DNA of 62,977 nt, the filler included, from Hyphochytrium catenoides (taxonomy: Eukaryota > Protista > Hyphochytriomycota): NCBI GenBank assembly GCA_900088475.1. It is 16 parts of 16 records of this genome, joined end to end, with 100 filler letters (N's around TTAATTAATTAA, not from the genome) between each part and the next. Parts side by side here need not be neighbours in the genome. Positions count along the whole stretch, not along the records: positions 46,588 to 57,297 come from FLMG01000483.1; positions 57,398 to 61,458 come from FLMG01004484.1; positions 61,559 to 62,977 come from FLMG01002533.1; 13 more parts are not named here. One strand, 5' to 3'. Shown here piece by piece: positions 50,688 to 61,760 of the stretch. The position numbers were made by a program, and so were the translations under genes. The first letter of the stretch is position 1. The number at the start of each line of letters is the position of its first letter. A model generated the notes under the pieces. The model ran no database searches. It was not told where the DNA came from and saw nothing but the letters and a program-made list of their open reading frames with translations.

Positions 50688-52644
50688 TTAGCTCTCTATT
50701 GTCCCTGACTCTGTCTTCCGCCTCTTGGCGAATATGCTTTGAAGAACAGCGTCACTGGACGACCTCTTATCGCTAGTTTCTGGATCAGCTGCTGGGGCTT
50801 TCTGCTTGAATCTTTATCCGGTCGACAACAAGAAGAGCAAGAGGAGAGGAGCTGTCAGGATAGGAACAAAAGAAAGGAAAGGTACCTTGGGAGTTATCTA
50901 AAAAGAACAGCAAGAGGTGTCATAGCAAGTCTCTCCTAACCTTCTTCGGATCTCATTCCTCGCATCCTCGTCAGCTTTCTTGGTTCCTGGACTCTCAGTT
51001 CTTGTCCGTGCTTTCTGCAAGCGATAGACCGATGGGAACCATGGCTCGTGAATGCCTTCTATAGATCAAAAAGGGTGCAACGTCTCTCTTACCTTCCTCT
51101 CCTCCATTTTTGTGAGCTGCTTGGCCTTCTCGACCTGGTCGGCGTAGAACTGTGATTCTCTCTTAGCATGGGCTACCTCCAGCCGCAGCTTTTCCTGCTT
51201 CAGCTTGCTATCATATGCTGCAGCGGGGGTCAGAATGCAGGCAGAAAGAAGAAACTCAAGCTTGGGCTGTGAGCACTAGGAAACGTCAATGGATAGCTAA
51301 AAGATGTAGCAGTAAGCCTCTACCAGAGAGGTGATAGCTTAGCAGACTGAGTGAAAAACGACCTTGCCGCAGGGCCTACCTCTTAGAACAATCGATAGAG
51401 AGGGAAGAGAGAACTATAACCCCTGACAGGAAAAGGAGGCCGAATGGGACGGCAAGAGACAGGGACAAAAGTATTGAACGAGATGTACGGATATAGGTAA
51501 GGAACAGCAGTTTCCGCTGTTATAGCCATGATTCCCCTGCAGTTTACCTATCTTCTCGGTGAGATGAGCCCAAGTAAACTTGGGCAGGTACTTCATGAGC
51601 CAGACATCCTCATGGTAAAAGCTCCTCTTCTTGCCCCCTGGAATTTTGCCAAGTACACGGCAGCGATCAGTTTATGTGGGAACGGTATCACATCCCCCGG
51701 TGAAAGACCCATGAAAGCCCATGTTTGCCCATGGTTGGAAGACAGGATGAGGTAAACGAGGATAGGACCAAACCGTGCAAGCCACAGCAACGAGAGGCAC
51801 GCAGAGAGCGAGAGACAGACACAGCTGAGGACGAAGCAAAGAACGATCGCCGACTCGATAGAGGTCCCTGAGCGTAAGGTCGAAGCCTTACCGACTTTGG
51901 TGTTGTTCAACATGTCGGCCACGGACTTTGCCACTTTTCTGTCTAAGAACTCCACCCAGCCCTCCACATACTTCATCTTCTTGTTCCCTCCTGCTTGGAC
52001 TCTCCGCCGGTACTGAGTTTGATCTAACGGCCATAGAAGAGATAGGGTGCAATGAGGGAGGAGGAGAAGATGTGAGGAACGTGAACTAGTAAAAGGTAAA
52101 GACTACACAGGAGTCAGAAAGAGATGCTGCGAAGAGGAGCGAACGGAGTAGAAGGGCGAGGAAAGAAGATTGTGTATGGTGTGAGGGACCGCATAGCGAA
52201 GCATGGCAGTGCTGCTCTATGGATATATTGTGTCTCAACAGCAATCTATTGAAACGAAGGAGCCTCTCTGTCCCGGTCCAACTTCAGAACCGATGGAAAA
52301 TGGCGGAAGCCAACACAGATGGACAAGGCACACCAGAACTAGCGGCGCAATCCCGCTGAGCAAGAGAAAGCCTGACCTTCAGGAACCAAGTAGATCCGGT
52401 CTATATCTCCAAATTGGCCTAGCAGGTGTCGCACCTTCTCTGGCTTCATATAAGGCGGAATTGTGCTCAAATAGATCTGTGAACCGCCGGTCAGTCCTTA
52501 CGGGTTAGAGACGAAGTCATAAAGAATAGATAGACATACAATCCCTCTCTTCTTCTCGCCTTTTTGCTTCGACTTCTTGATCTTCTCTAGGTCTAGCGGC
52601 CTCGCTACCGGACCTTCGGTTTCTTTGTTCTCCTCCCTTGCCAT
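50688..52644 (-). CDS. ESF2: Pre-rRNA processing protein ESF2/ABT1, multi-exon
   Basis: KKRGI|IYLSTIPPYMKPEKVRHLLGQFGDIDRIYLVPE|D, YVEGWVEFLDRKVAK..LNNT, GGKKRSFYHEDVWLMKYLPKFTWAHLTEKI and LRLEVAHAKRE. Confidence 0.93.
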
Positions 52645-53284
52645 TCTTCTTGGTACTTCCAGCCTGGAAATCTTCAAAGAGCCCGCGTACCCCTATCTTC
52701 CCCCTTGACGCGCCACTAAAGTAGGGGCCAGGTACTGGTTGATGGGAGCTGACAGAGTCCGACCGGGACGCTAATCAAAGCGCTAAACAATACACAGCTG
52801 TCGGTCACCGGAAACTGGAGTGGATCTTGATGGCTTCAGAGGCAGAGAGCGATGATGATACGAGGAGCTGAGTGACTTATAGAGCGCTGCACGTGCTGCT
52901 CCTGCTCCTGCTGCTTCTGCCTCGTACTGCTGCTCTTGAGTCCTTGCTTCCCTGATGGCAAAGTCGCTTCCTCTTCCAGTTCAGCAGTCTGCAGCAGCAG
53001 CAGCTTCTCATCTTCTCATCATCCCAAGAAATGAATGGGTCCACTAACACAGGCATCGGCCCACCGGATAACGAATAAGCTCTCGCAAGCTTGCTTTTCT
53101 TCTGATTAACCAACAGATTTATTGAGGATTCTCATGGCTTGGACCATTGTGATGATCATATATTAGTTCATTTCTATGATTCTCGGCAGAACGTGCTTAA
53201 CAACGTGACGTGTCAAGTCCTTTGTTGCTCAAGCGGCGAAATTACGGATAATAGACCGACTAGTACCGAATCTAAAGCACCTTC

Positions 53285-56200
53285 ATGCGGTTAAGGATCT
53301 GGGCGACAGCCGTCAAAGGATTCTGGGTGCGGGTGTTACAGCCACCACCGCGCTGGCTTCACCTTGGCAAGCTTGCCACTCGATGTACGTCTCTGATTCT
53401 TGAGACGCTCAGACGAGCTCTGGACGTCAACTGCACAGCTCGAATATCACGGTCTCTAGCAGAAAATATGGTGGTGAAGACAGAAAAGAGCAAAGATGGC
53501 AAGATCTGGACCATCATCCTAAGCAGGTAACCCGTCCACGCCACCTTGCCATCAAGCCATCCTTAATGCTCGCCTTTAATAGGAAGGAAGTAAAGAACGC
53601 CGTCGACCGCTCAACTGCCGACGCTCTGGTGCAAGCCTTCACTGCTTTTGAAGATGACGCGGTGGCTCGGGTAGCAGTTCTCTACGGAGAGAATGGCACT
53701 TTCTGCACAGGTAGGAAGCTACTCCGGTGAAGCCTAGCCAGTAGTGTGACATCCTTTTAACGATGCTGCTCATTTCACAGGAGCTGATCTGAAGGCTATT
53801 TCCAAGGGCATTGACGCTGGAAATAGGTTGCAAGTAGGGATCCTTGACTTTTGTTCTACTGGCAGCTCATATGGAGTTCTGATTCTTTAGTGCTTACCTC
53901 CATACATCTGCGCGGGGGTCGTCGCAACAGTCTACACTGCAACTGGACCCGGGAAGCCAAAGCCGTGCTAACCTGACATTCTTCTGTCCTTGGGATAGGA
54001 TGTAGATATCGAGGCTTTTCCGATGGAGACAAAGGGGCCTATGGGTCCCACCCGACTTCTACTTTCTAAACCGGTCATTGCCGCTGTAGCGGGTTACGCA
54101 GTAGCCGGTGGCTTAGAGCTGGCTGCTTGGTGCGACCTCCGAGTAGTGGAAGAGGACGCTGTCCTTGGCGTCTTCTGCAGACGCTGGGGCGTTCCCCTGA
54201 TTGACGGTGGGACCGTTAGACTGCCCCGCTTGATTGGGCAAAGCCATGCGTTGGACCTTATTCTAACAGGAAGGCCTGTTCACGCTCCTGAGGCTCTTAG
54301 GATGGGCCTGGTTCGTAAGCATCACGTCTCATGAGGCACCAATGCTCTTCGTTGTCTTTGGAGTTATCTTCCCATGTTTTTCTTCTCGACACCTCGATTT
54401 TTGGCATTCCCCTTTCCCTCAACCGACCTACTGGCTTTGAAGCTTAAAAGCAAATGGTAGGCGAACAGAATAGTTTCAAAAGGTTCCGCCCGATTGGAAG
54501 CAGAGAAGCTAGCAGCAGAGATTGCCTCTTTTCCGTCGGATACCATGAAGCAGGTAGGGAGAAGAGACAACTTGAAACGATGCGACGAGAATCCGCCAGA
54601 GGGTTCAGCACAAGAGAAAGATTCGGAAGGGCCTAAAGGAAAGAAAGGTGTACGCATATACCTCACAGAGAAGAAGAAAATCATGCTGTATAGGAGCCGC
54701 GCCCTAAATGTTCCTGTGGGTGTCTCATAACGTCCACATTGGAGAGGACATGGAAGTCATAAATAGACGCCAAGACTGTCACGTCTAACGTTACGTTCTT
54801 AGGACCGCGTCTCTTCGATTGAGCAGTGGGATCTAACCCTTCCTGAGGCTCTAAGGAACGAGTTCAAGAGAGGAAAGGTTTCACTGCAGAAGAGCACTCT
54901 TGAAGGTAGGGCCATGGTTTGCCTTTGTTCACTTCGTGTTAGCCTTTGTTCACGTTGTGCAATATTCCCGTTTTACCTATTTGTCTCTTCTCACGCTTGA
55001 CTGACTGCTCTGCTTTCCATGAGTTGACCCCTCCTCTACGTTGCCTAGGAGCGGTAGCATTTACGCGGCGGAAACCGAATGGTCAAATATCTTCTTCGCC
55101 TACCGGTAACACACAGGCTGAAGGCGAAGAAAAGATATCCGCTGTGATGTTTGACTTGGGGGGTGTCCTCTTTGACTCTCCCCTGGAGCACATCAGAGAG
55201 TACGAGAAAGAGCTCGGTCTGCCAACGAACGCACTCAACAGACTTATTGCCTCAGCAGGGTCTCAGGTTAGTTCCAGAAAATGTGCTACGTGCTGCTTAC
55301 GTCTGAGTGCATGTTTGATGCTATGCTGGCCGCATTCTGCTTCCTCTACAAGTTCATATACCTTCCATGGAGCAGCCGCACTATTATCTTTCTTTTTCTT
55401 GGAACTCTTCCTATAAGTGTACTTCTGATCCTCTCTAGAACTATTCATTGTTTGAGGTTGCCCTCTCCCTATCTTTAGCTACATCGGCACATATCGTCCG
55501 GCCGCTAAACTCCTTCGGTGTAAATAGGGCCCTTTTCAACGAATGGAGAGAGGTGAACTGACAGTGGAAGAGTTTATCAGGGTTTTCGACAAGGAGTGCT
55601 TGAGTTCAGGTTAGAAGGGGTGGTACTCTGCCATTTCCCGCAGCCCCTAGTCCTTCCCTTTCTTTTTAATGCTGTTCCCTCTGTCCTTGTCTGTCTTTTC
55701 GCCTCTCGCAAGACTGACGGCGGCATCACATTTGTCATTTTGTCCCTCTCTTACATCCAAGTGACTCGATTAAGTTGTCCATATCATAGTTTTTGAAGGC
55801 GACTGTTGGCCCAGCTTCTACACAGTAACGTTGACTTCTCATACCAAAGGTTTCAAGGAGCCTCTGGTCGGGAGCTTATGCGCCGTGTGGGTGAAGCGTT
55901 GCGCCCTCGAGAGGCTTTTATCGAGGCTGTAGGACTGATCCGAGGATACGGCTTCAAGACAGCTGCAGTTACCAACAACTTCCTTGACGGGGGGAAAACT
56001 GATACAGTCATTGCACAGTCCATCGCACCGGTTATGTGAGTTCCCACTGTCTAGAAGCATTGGCTTGTGCGTGCTTAACGCTGTTACAGGGATAGAGTCG
56101 TCGAGAGCGCCAAATGTGGACTGAGGAAACCAGATCCGGCGATTTTTGATCTGGCTTGTCGTCAGCTGGGTGTAAAGCCCAGTCAAACCGTTTTCCTTGA

Positions 56201-56414
56201 TGATATAGGAGAAAACCTAAAGGTGAGCGTTATCTAACTCTAATTCTAAAGAGAAGCGCTGACTTATATGGGTTTCCTGCAGAGTGCACGGCGACTGGGT
56301 ATGAAGACTATCAAAGTTGACGCAAACGATGTCAAGGGCATCAACGCCTTAGGCAAGCTGGAACAAGTACTAGGAGTGAAGCTCCTTGATCTTCTCAAAA
56401 AGGCTCGGCTATAA
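53285..56414 (+). CDS. Fusion protein: enoyl-CoA hydratase/crotonase plus HAD-IA phosphatase (ACAD10/sEH N-terminal type), C-terminal PTS1 (ARL)
   Basis: About 11 GT-AG exons, with the start at 53468 or in-frame 53285. ECH motifs: KNAVD, FCT|GADLK, KPVIAAVAGYAVAGGLELA, CRRWGVPLIDGGTVRLPRLIG. The exon at 55049-55267 carries the ECH end (GAVAF), a linker and HAD motif I (FDLGGVL) in one frame. TNN, KPDPAIF and FLDD follow, ending LLKKARL*. Confidence 0.9.
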
Positions 56415-57610
56415 GCCTAGCAAGCAGTTAGACCCCAGCAAGCAGTTTAAGCCCAAGGATATTCCGCTGCAAACATCCAAACGCCAGGCCTTTCTTGTCC
56501 TCTCTGAGGCAGTCGGAAGCCTCATAAAGGAGGGAGCGACCACACACTCAGCTGTAGCTACCGTCTCACCGAGAGGCGGGAACAGGGATCCTGGTCAAGG
56601 AAACGAACAAGCTGAGGACTCTGCGCCCCAGACTTCGCCGGCTCCGCAGGCCGTTCGTCTTCCCATCATCGTCTCTGCTGCTGCTGCTGCTGCTTCTTCT
56701 TGGCTGGGACGGGGAAGAAGGAAGGCAAGGTGACGGTTGAAGCTGAGAAGCGAGGATCAGAACACCTGACATCTCTAACATAAGAGCAGAGCTGTCGGTA
56801 ATCGTCGTATTTGGTCGAAGTGGGGTTACGGTTGTTGTTACTTAGGTTACAGGCTATTTCTGCCCATGTTATCGTACAGTACAGTTTTACAGTACAGTTT
56901 ACTTCGTGTATGCCCCTTAGGGCCAGCCGAGACAAACCTTATTTTTCCGCATATCAGAATACACACAGAACGCTTCCTCTTTAGTCAAGGCATGGGTGGA
57001 AGCTTTAGAGCTTATATATTGGCCAAAGGGCGGGTGGGCGGATTAGCCTGGCAAGTGACTCGAAGGTGTTTCTGAAGGGCATGAGTATCATTCAGAATAT
57101 GAGCACCAAGTTAAGGTACAATTCATGATGGTCAGGCAGTAGTAATATCGTGTGCTCTACATGACTATCAGTTAAGCCTGTTGGCTGGGCGTCCGAGCGC
57201 GTATTACTGTGAGTTCTTTGAGGAAAATCCGTTGTTCGTTGTCTTGTGATTCTGAGGCTCGAAGGAAGGAGGGAGGGAGGGAGGGGGAGAGAGAGAGNNN
57301 NNNNNNNNNNNNNNNNNNNNNNNNNNNNNNNNNNNNNNNNNTTAATTAATTAANNNNNNNNNNNNNNNNNNNNNNNNNNNNNNNNNNNNNNNNNNNNATC
57401 CCCCAATATTAATTCAAAGTGCTCACCATCCAATGATAAAATCTAACATGGTGTACGCCCCGAGCGATTTAACTCGGGCAATATAGTGAGCCATTCGGTT
57501 CTGTGACCACGGATGACCATCACAGTTCTATTTGAATCTAGAGCTTACAGAGTTCTCTAGATCCTGTTGAATGTTCAGCTTCGACCCTTCACCTTAGGGA
57601 GTTCGAGCTG

Positions 57611-57943
57611 CGGGGAGGTGTTGGAGTCTGAGGGCACAGCTATGTGGACTACAAGCTAGCAAGCTTAACTACCCAAGTTTCAGCTCTAAACTCCCAGTAG
57701 AAGCCGAGATATGAAGCAAACGAAATGTCCCTGTTTATATCTATGGCTTATGGTCAGTACCCCTGAATACCTTCAGGACTGACTATTCTAGACAGGGATA
57801 TCTCTATAACTCCATATCTTAGGGTTTATTCGTAATAGTTGGCATAGTCAGAATAGCTCTAGATTATGCGACCCCAGTTGGGCTTGTAAGTCGAGCACTC
57901 TCATCTAATGACATTGTCCAATCATCCTATACAGATCCAACAA
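57611..57943 (+). mobile_element. PPT plus complete 324-bp 3' LTR of copia element A, inserted into element B
   Basis: CGGGGAGG precedes TGTTGGA(57620)...TCCAACA(57943), a 7-bp terminal inverted repeat. Element B integrase sequence resumes immediately after. Confidence 0.85.
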
Positions 57944-60900
57944 TATCGACTTTATGAAAGAGAGAGTGGTACCATCATTGAGCGTAGGGATGTTGTGTTC
58001 GCTGAAGGGGAATTTGGTTCGCTACTTCAAACCTCGCCTCAGCCGCGAGACTCTGTACTCCATCTCACTCTTTGATATACTTAGCGAGGAAGACAGCTCC
58101 CTTCCCAACAATCCGACTCGTAAACGGGATTCTGACCAACATATGTCCATCCAAGTGCCTCCCCACAACGAATACCTCGTCAAACAACTCGATACTGCTG
58201 CCCGCCCCTTGCCAACCCCTGAACCAGCAGACATTGTTGAATTTGTATGGGATGATTGGACAATGTCATTAGATGAGGGTGCTCTACTTATAAGCCCAAC
58301 TGGGGTCCCATAAACTAGAGCTATTCTGACTATGCCAACTATTCCTAATATAGTCTAAGATATGGAGTTATAGAGATATCCCTGTCTAGAATAGTCAGTC
58401 CTGGAGGTATCCTGGAGTACTGACCATAAGCCATAGATATAAACAGGGACATTTCGTTGGCTTAGGACGCAGTATGCGATACCGACAATTCAGCTTCTAT
58501 AGATCCGTGTTCACCGCCCGATGACCGTTGCGAAAAACGAAAATGGACCCCAAGTCAAAGCCTTACATATTCGTTGGGTACCCAGACAACTCAAAGGCCT
58601 ATCGACTGTATGACAGAGAGAGTGGTACCATCATTGAGCGTAGGGATGTTGTGTTCGATGAAGGGGACTTTGGTTCGCTACTTCAAACCTCGCCTCAGCT
58701 GCGTGACTCTGTACTCCATCTCTTTGATGTACTTAGCGAGGAAGACAGCTTCCTCCCCAACAATCCGACTCGAAAAGGGGATTCTGATCAACATATGTCC
58801 ACCCAAGTGACTCCCCCCAACGAATACCTCGTCAAACAACCCGATACTGCAGCCCACCCCTTGCCAACCCCTGAACCCGAAGACACAGTATGCGATACCG
58901 ACAATTCAGCTTCGATAGATCCGTGTTCGCCTCCCGATGACCGTTGCGAAAACCTGCGCGTTTGCCCAGTCAGTCTACAACAACCTCTTGGTGAAACCCC
59001 AGCACGAGCAACCGATTCCCCACAACAAGTACCTCCCTCCCGCATTCCGTTCAAACGCCGACTTCAACAAGAAGACTCTATTTTCTCAATGGCTAATCAC
59101 CTTGGCAACTCCTTATCACCCAATGAACCCCGAACGATAGAGGAGGCTCTTTCTGGACCGGATGTGTCGGAGNNNNNNNNNNNNNNNNNNNNNNNNNNNN
59201 NNNNNNNNNNNNNNNNNNNNNNNNNNNNNNNNNNNNNNNNNNTAAAATATGGAAGTGATGGCACCATCGATCGCTATAAGGCACCACTCGTTGCTCAAGG
59301 CTACAATCAGAAACAGGGGATCGATTACAATGAGGTCTTCGATCCAGTGGTCAGCTATGAGTCCGTCCGATGTATCCTCTCTTTAGCTGCAATGTATGAC
59401 TTTGAAATTCATCATCTGGATATTCGAACTGCCTTTCTCCATGGAGATCTTGACGACACCATATACATGCGCCAACCCCCGGGATTCGCTCAACCATGAC
59501 AGGAACATCTGGTTTGTAAGCTAAAGCGCAGCATTTATGGGCTCAAACAAAGTCCTCGCCAATGGAACAAAGTATTAGATAGTTATCTTCGTGACAACGG
59601 ATTTGAACCCAGCTTGTGTGAACCTTGCGTCTACATCAACAGGTCCGGGGAGGATGACAAGCCGACCATCGTGTCGACTTATGTAGACGACCCGCTGATC
59701 TTTGCGCCAAGCAACAATCGTGCGGATCAAGTTAAAGGACTTCTAAAGGACAGATTCGATGTGAAGGACTTAAGAGAACTCCAATACTTCCTAGGCGTAG
59801 AAGTAATTAGGGATCGAAAGAATCGGAAGATTTACCTTCGCCAACGAAGACTTATTCAAGACCTCCTGATGAAGCGTTATGGCATGGAAGATTGTAACCC
59901 AATCAGCACGCCTGTTACGCCTGGTGAAAGGCTAACCCAAGGCAGACTCTCTCTCTACATTGACTTCTGAAGAGGAACAAAATTTACGCATTAAAGATAC
60001 CGTACAGGAATGCTGTTGGCAGTCTTATGCATCTGATGGTAGCCTCCAGGCCGGATATAGCCTTCGCGGTACAATCAGTTAGCCAGCAAATGACTACTAT
60101 AGACAGACTCACTGGACCGCTTTGAAGCGGATACTGAGATATCTGAAAGGGACTGCAGATCACTTCTTATGTGTAGGAGGAGAAGGAACCCCAGACATCA
60201 TCAATCAGAGTCCAAGACTACAACTCTTTGCAGATGCAGACTGGGCGAATGATCCTATGGACAGGAAATCCATTTCAGCTACTTTCTTACACTGGGGACT
60301 GGTGCTTTATTTCAGTTGGAAGGCTAAGAAGCAGGACATAGTGGCTTCTTCAACCACTGAAGCTGAGTGCATCTCACTGTGGACCGGAGCAAAACATGCA
60401 GAACACATCTCATTATATCTTACAGGAGCTTCAGTATCCATTGAGTAGACCCATCCTCGCACATCAAGACAACAAGAGCACAATAACAGTGTGGGAGATG
60501 CCGAGACCAAAATCGGAAAATATATTGATGTCAAACACTGTGTGGTTAGAGACCAGGTGAATCGCAAAGTCTAGGAATTGCAACACTGTCCAACCAAGAA
60601 GATGACTGCCGACATTCTCACGAAGGCGTTACCAGCACCTCAGTTCCGAGAACTTCTTCCGCAACTCGGGATTGTCCCGTCCACATCCGTCGTAAGACAA
60701 AGTCTACTTTCCGGGGAGGACAAGGCGGAGGCCGACGGACACTCAGGAATTCTGGACCTGCGGGGAGGTGTTGAGAGCAGAAGCTGACAAGAGCTCTAAA
60801 AGGCTCACAGTTCCAGACTCTATCTGACAAGAGGAAGAAGGCACAAAACAGAGTGTTTCAAAGTTATGATAACTAGGTTTTTATCATCAGGTAAGTCATC

Positions 60901-61116
60901 ATATGACGTCAAGAAGTAGTAACTGGATCTAGTAGTTTATAATACGAGACACAGTTACCCTCCAGAAGTACAAGACAACGAGATAACTAGGAAACAGGGT
61001 CCCATAAGCTCTTCATACTCACTTCGAGCATATCAGTAGACCACATAACCTAAATAAGAGTGTCTTCAAATCCCATACATTATTGCGAGCCCGAAGGGTG
61101 AGCCTCAATTTCAACC
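57944..61116 (+). mobile_element. Ty1/copia retrotransposon B: integrase C-terminus, RT, RNase H, PPT and 3' LTR (from 60769); degenerate
   Basis: KMDPKS..FVGY..KAYRLYD..RDVVFDE; YKAPLVAQGYNQKQGIDY; HLDIRTAFLHG; YVDD; FADADWA; SSTTEAE. CGGGGAGG precedes TGTTGAG. A stop at 59497-59499 and frameshifts are present. The LTR end is approximate. Confidence 0.92.
58236..58465 (-). mobile_element. Partial family-A LTR inserted in reverse orientation
   Basis: Reverse complement of about 57714-57943, flanked by GACAT/GACGC. The uninterrupted copy of the site (about 58883) reads GACAC once, consistent with a decayed 5-bp TSD. Confidence 0.8.
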
Positions 61117-61261
61117 CACAGGGGCTTCAGCACAAATGGACTTTTTTCTGTTGTCTGTGTGTCTGTCTGTGTGTCTGTCTGTCTGTCTGTCTGTCTGTGA
61201 GCAAAATTTCACTATTTGGATTTTCACGAATCACTATTTGGGCTTTTTCTTTGGGTTTGAA

Positions 61262-61458
61262 TGTTGGATTTGTGTGGGATGATTGGACAATGTCATTAGA
61301 TGAGAGTGCTCCACTTATAAGCCCAACTGGGTTCCCATAAACTAGAGCTATTCTGACTATGCCAACTATTCCTAATAAACCCGAAGATATTCAGTCATAG
61401 AGAAATCCCTGTTTAGAACAGTCAGTCCTGAAGGTATTCCGGGGTACTGACCATAAGC
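61262..61458 (-). mobile_element. Third family-A LTR copy (reverse, truncated by the spacer)
   Basis: TGTTGGATTTGTGTGGGATGATTGGACAATGTCATTAGATGAG... is collinear with 58236-58430. Confidence 0.85.
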
Positions 61459-61558
61459 NNNNNNNNNNNNNNNNNNNNNNNNNNNNNNNNNNNNNNNNNN
61501 NNTTAATTAATTAANNNNNNNNNNNNNNNNNNNNNNNNNNNNNNNNNNNNNNNNNNNN

Positions 61559-61760
61559 CTATGATCCCGACCACGAAGTAAATTTCCTGGGTGAGTATGG
61601 GATTGAAGGCCCCGTATTGTCGAGTCGTGATGGGGTCTGGCCTCTCCACGCTCATCGTGCGATGTCTTAGAGCTCACGTCCGCCTGTGAGGACAAGCAGA
61701 CCAATGGAGAAGAGTGCCAGACCAATTGTACGCACCCAGATCTGAGGGAATCCGGGGAGG
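61559..61760 (-). mobile_element. Possible DIRS/Ngaro-like RT N-terminal remnant
   Basis: SSPLVCL..K..GEARPHHDSTIRGLQ loosely resembles SPLxxVPKxDGxxRxIHDxS..LN. Confidence 0.25.

Noticed and set aside
52470-52540. GTATCT in an ESF2 intron as a U12-type donor
   Set aside because: That donor breaks the frame. The GTGTAT donor 2 nt upstream gives the conserved RGI|IYLS.
52850-53230. Box C-like RTGATGA motifs (possible C/D snoRNA)
   Set aside because: No convincing terminal stem or recognisable rRNA guide; compatible with chance.
2464-61558. Recurrent TTAATTAATTAA motif, and gene neighbourhoods across it
   Set aside because: Artificial all-frame-stop spacer within N runs. Genes on different contigs (GPCR, CRN, GH-like, ECH-HAD) cannot be read as a cluster or operon.
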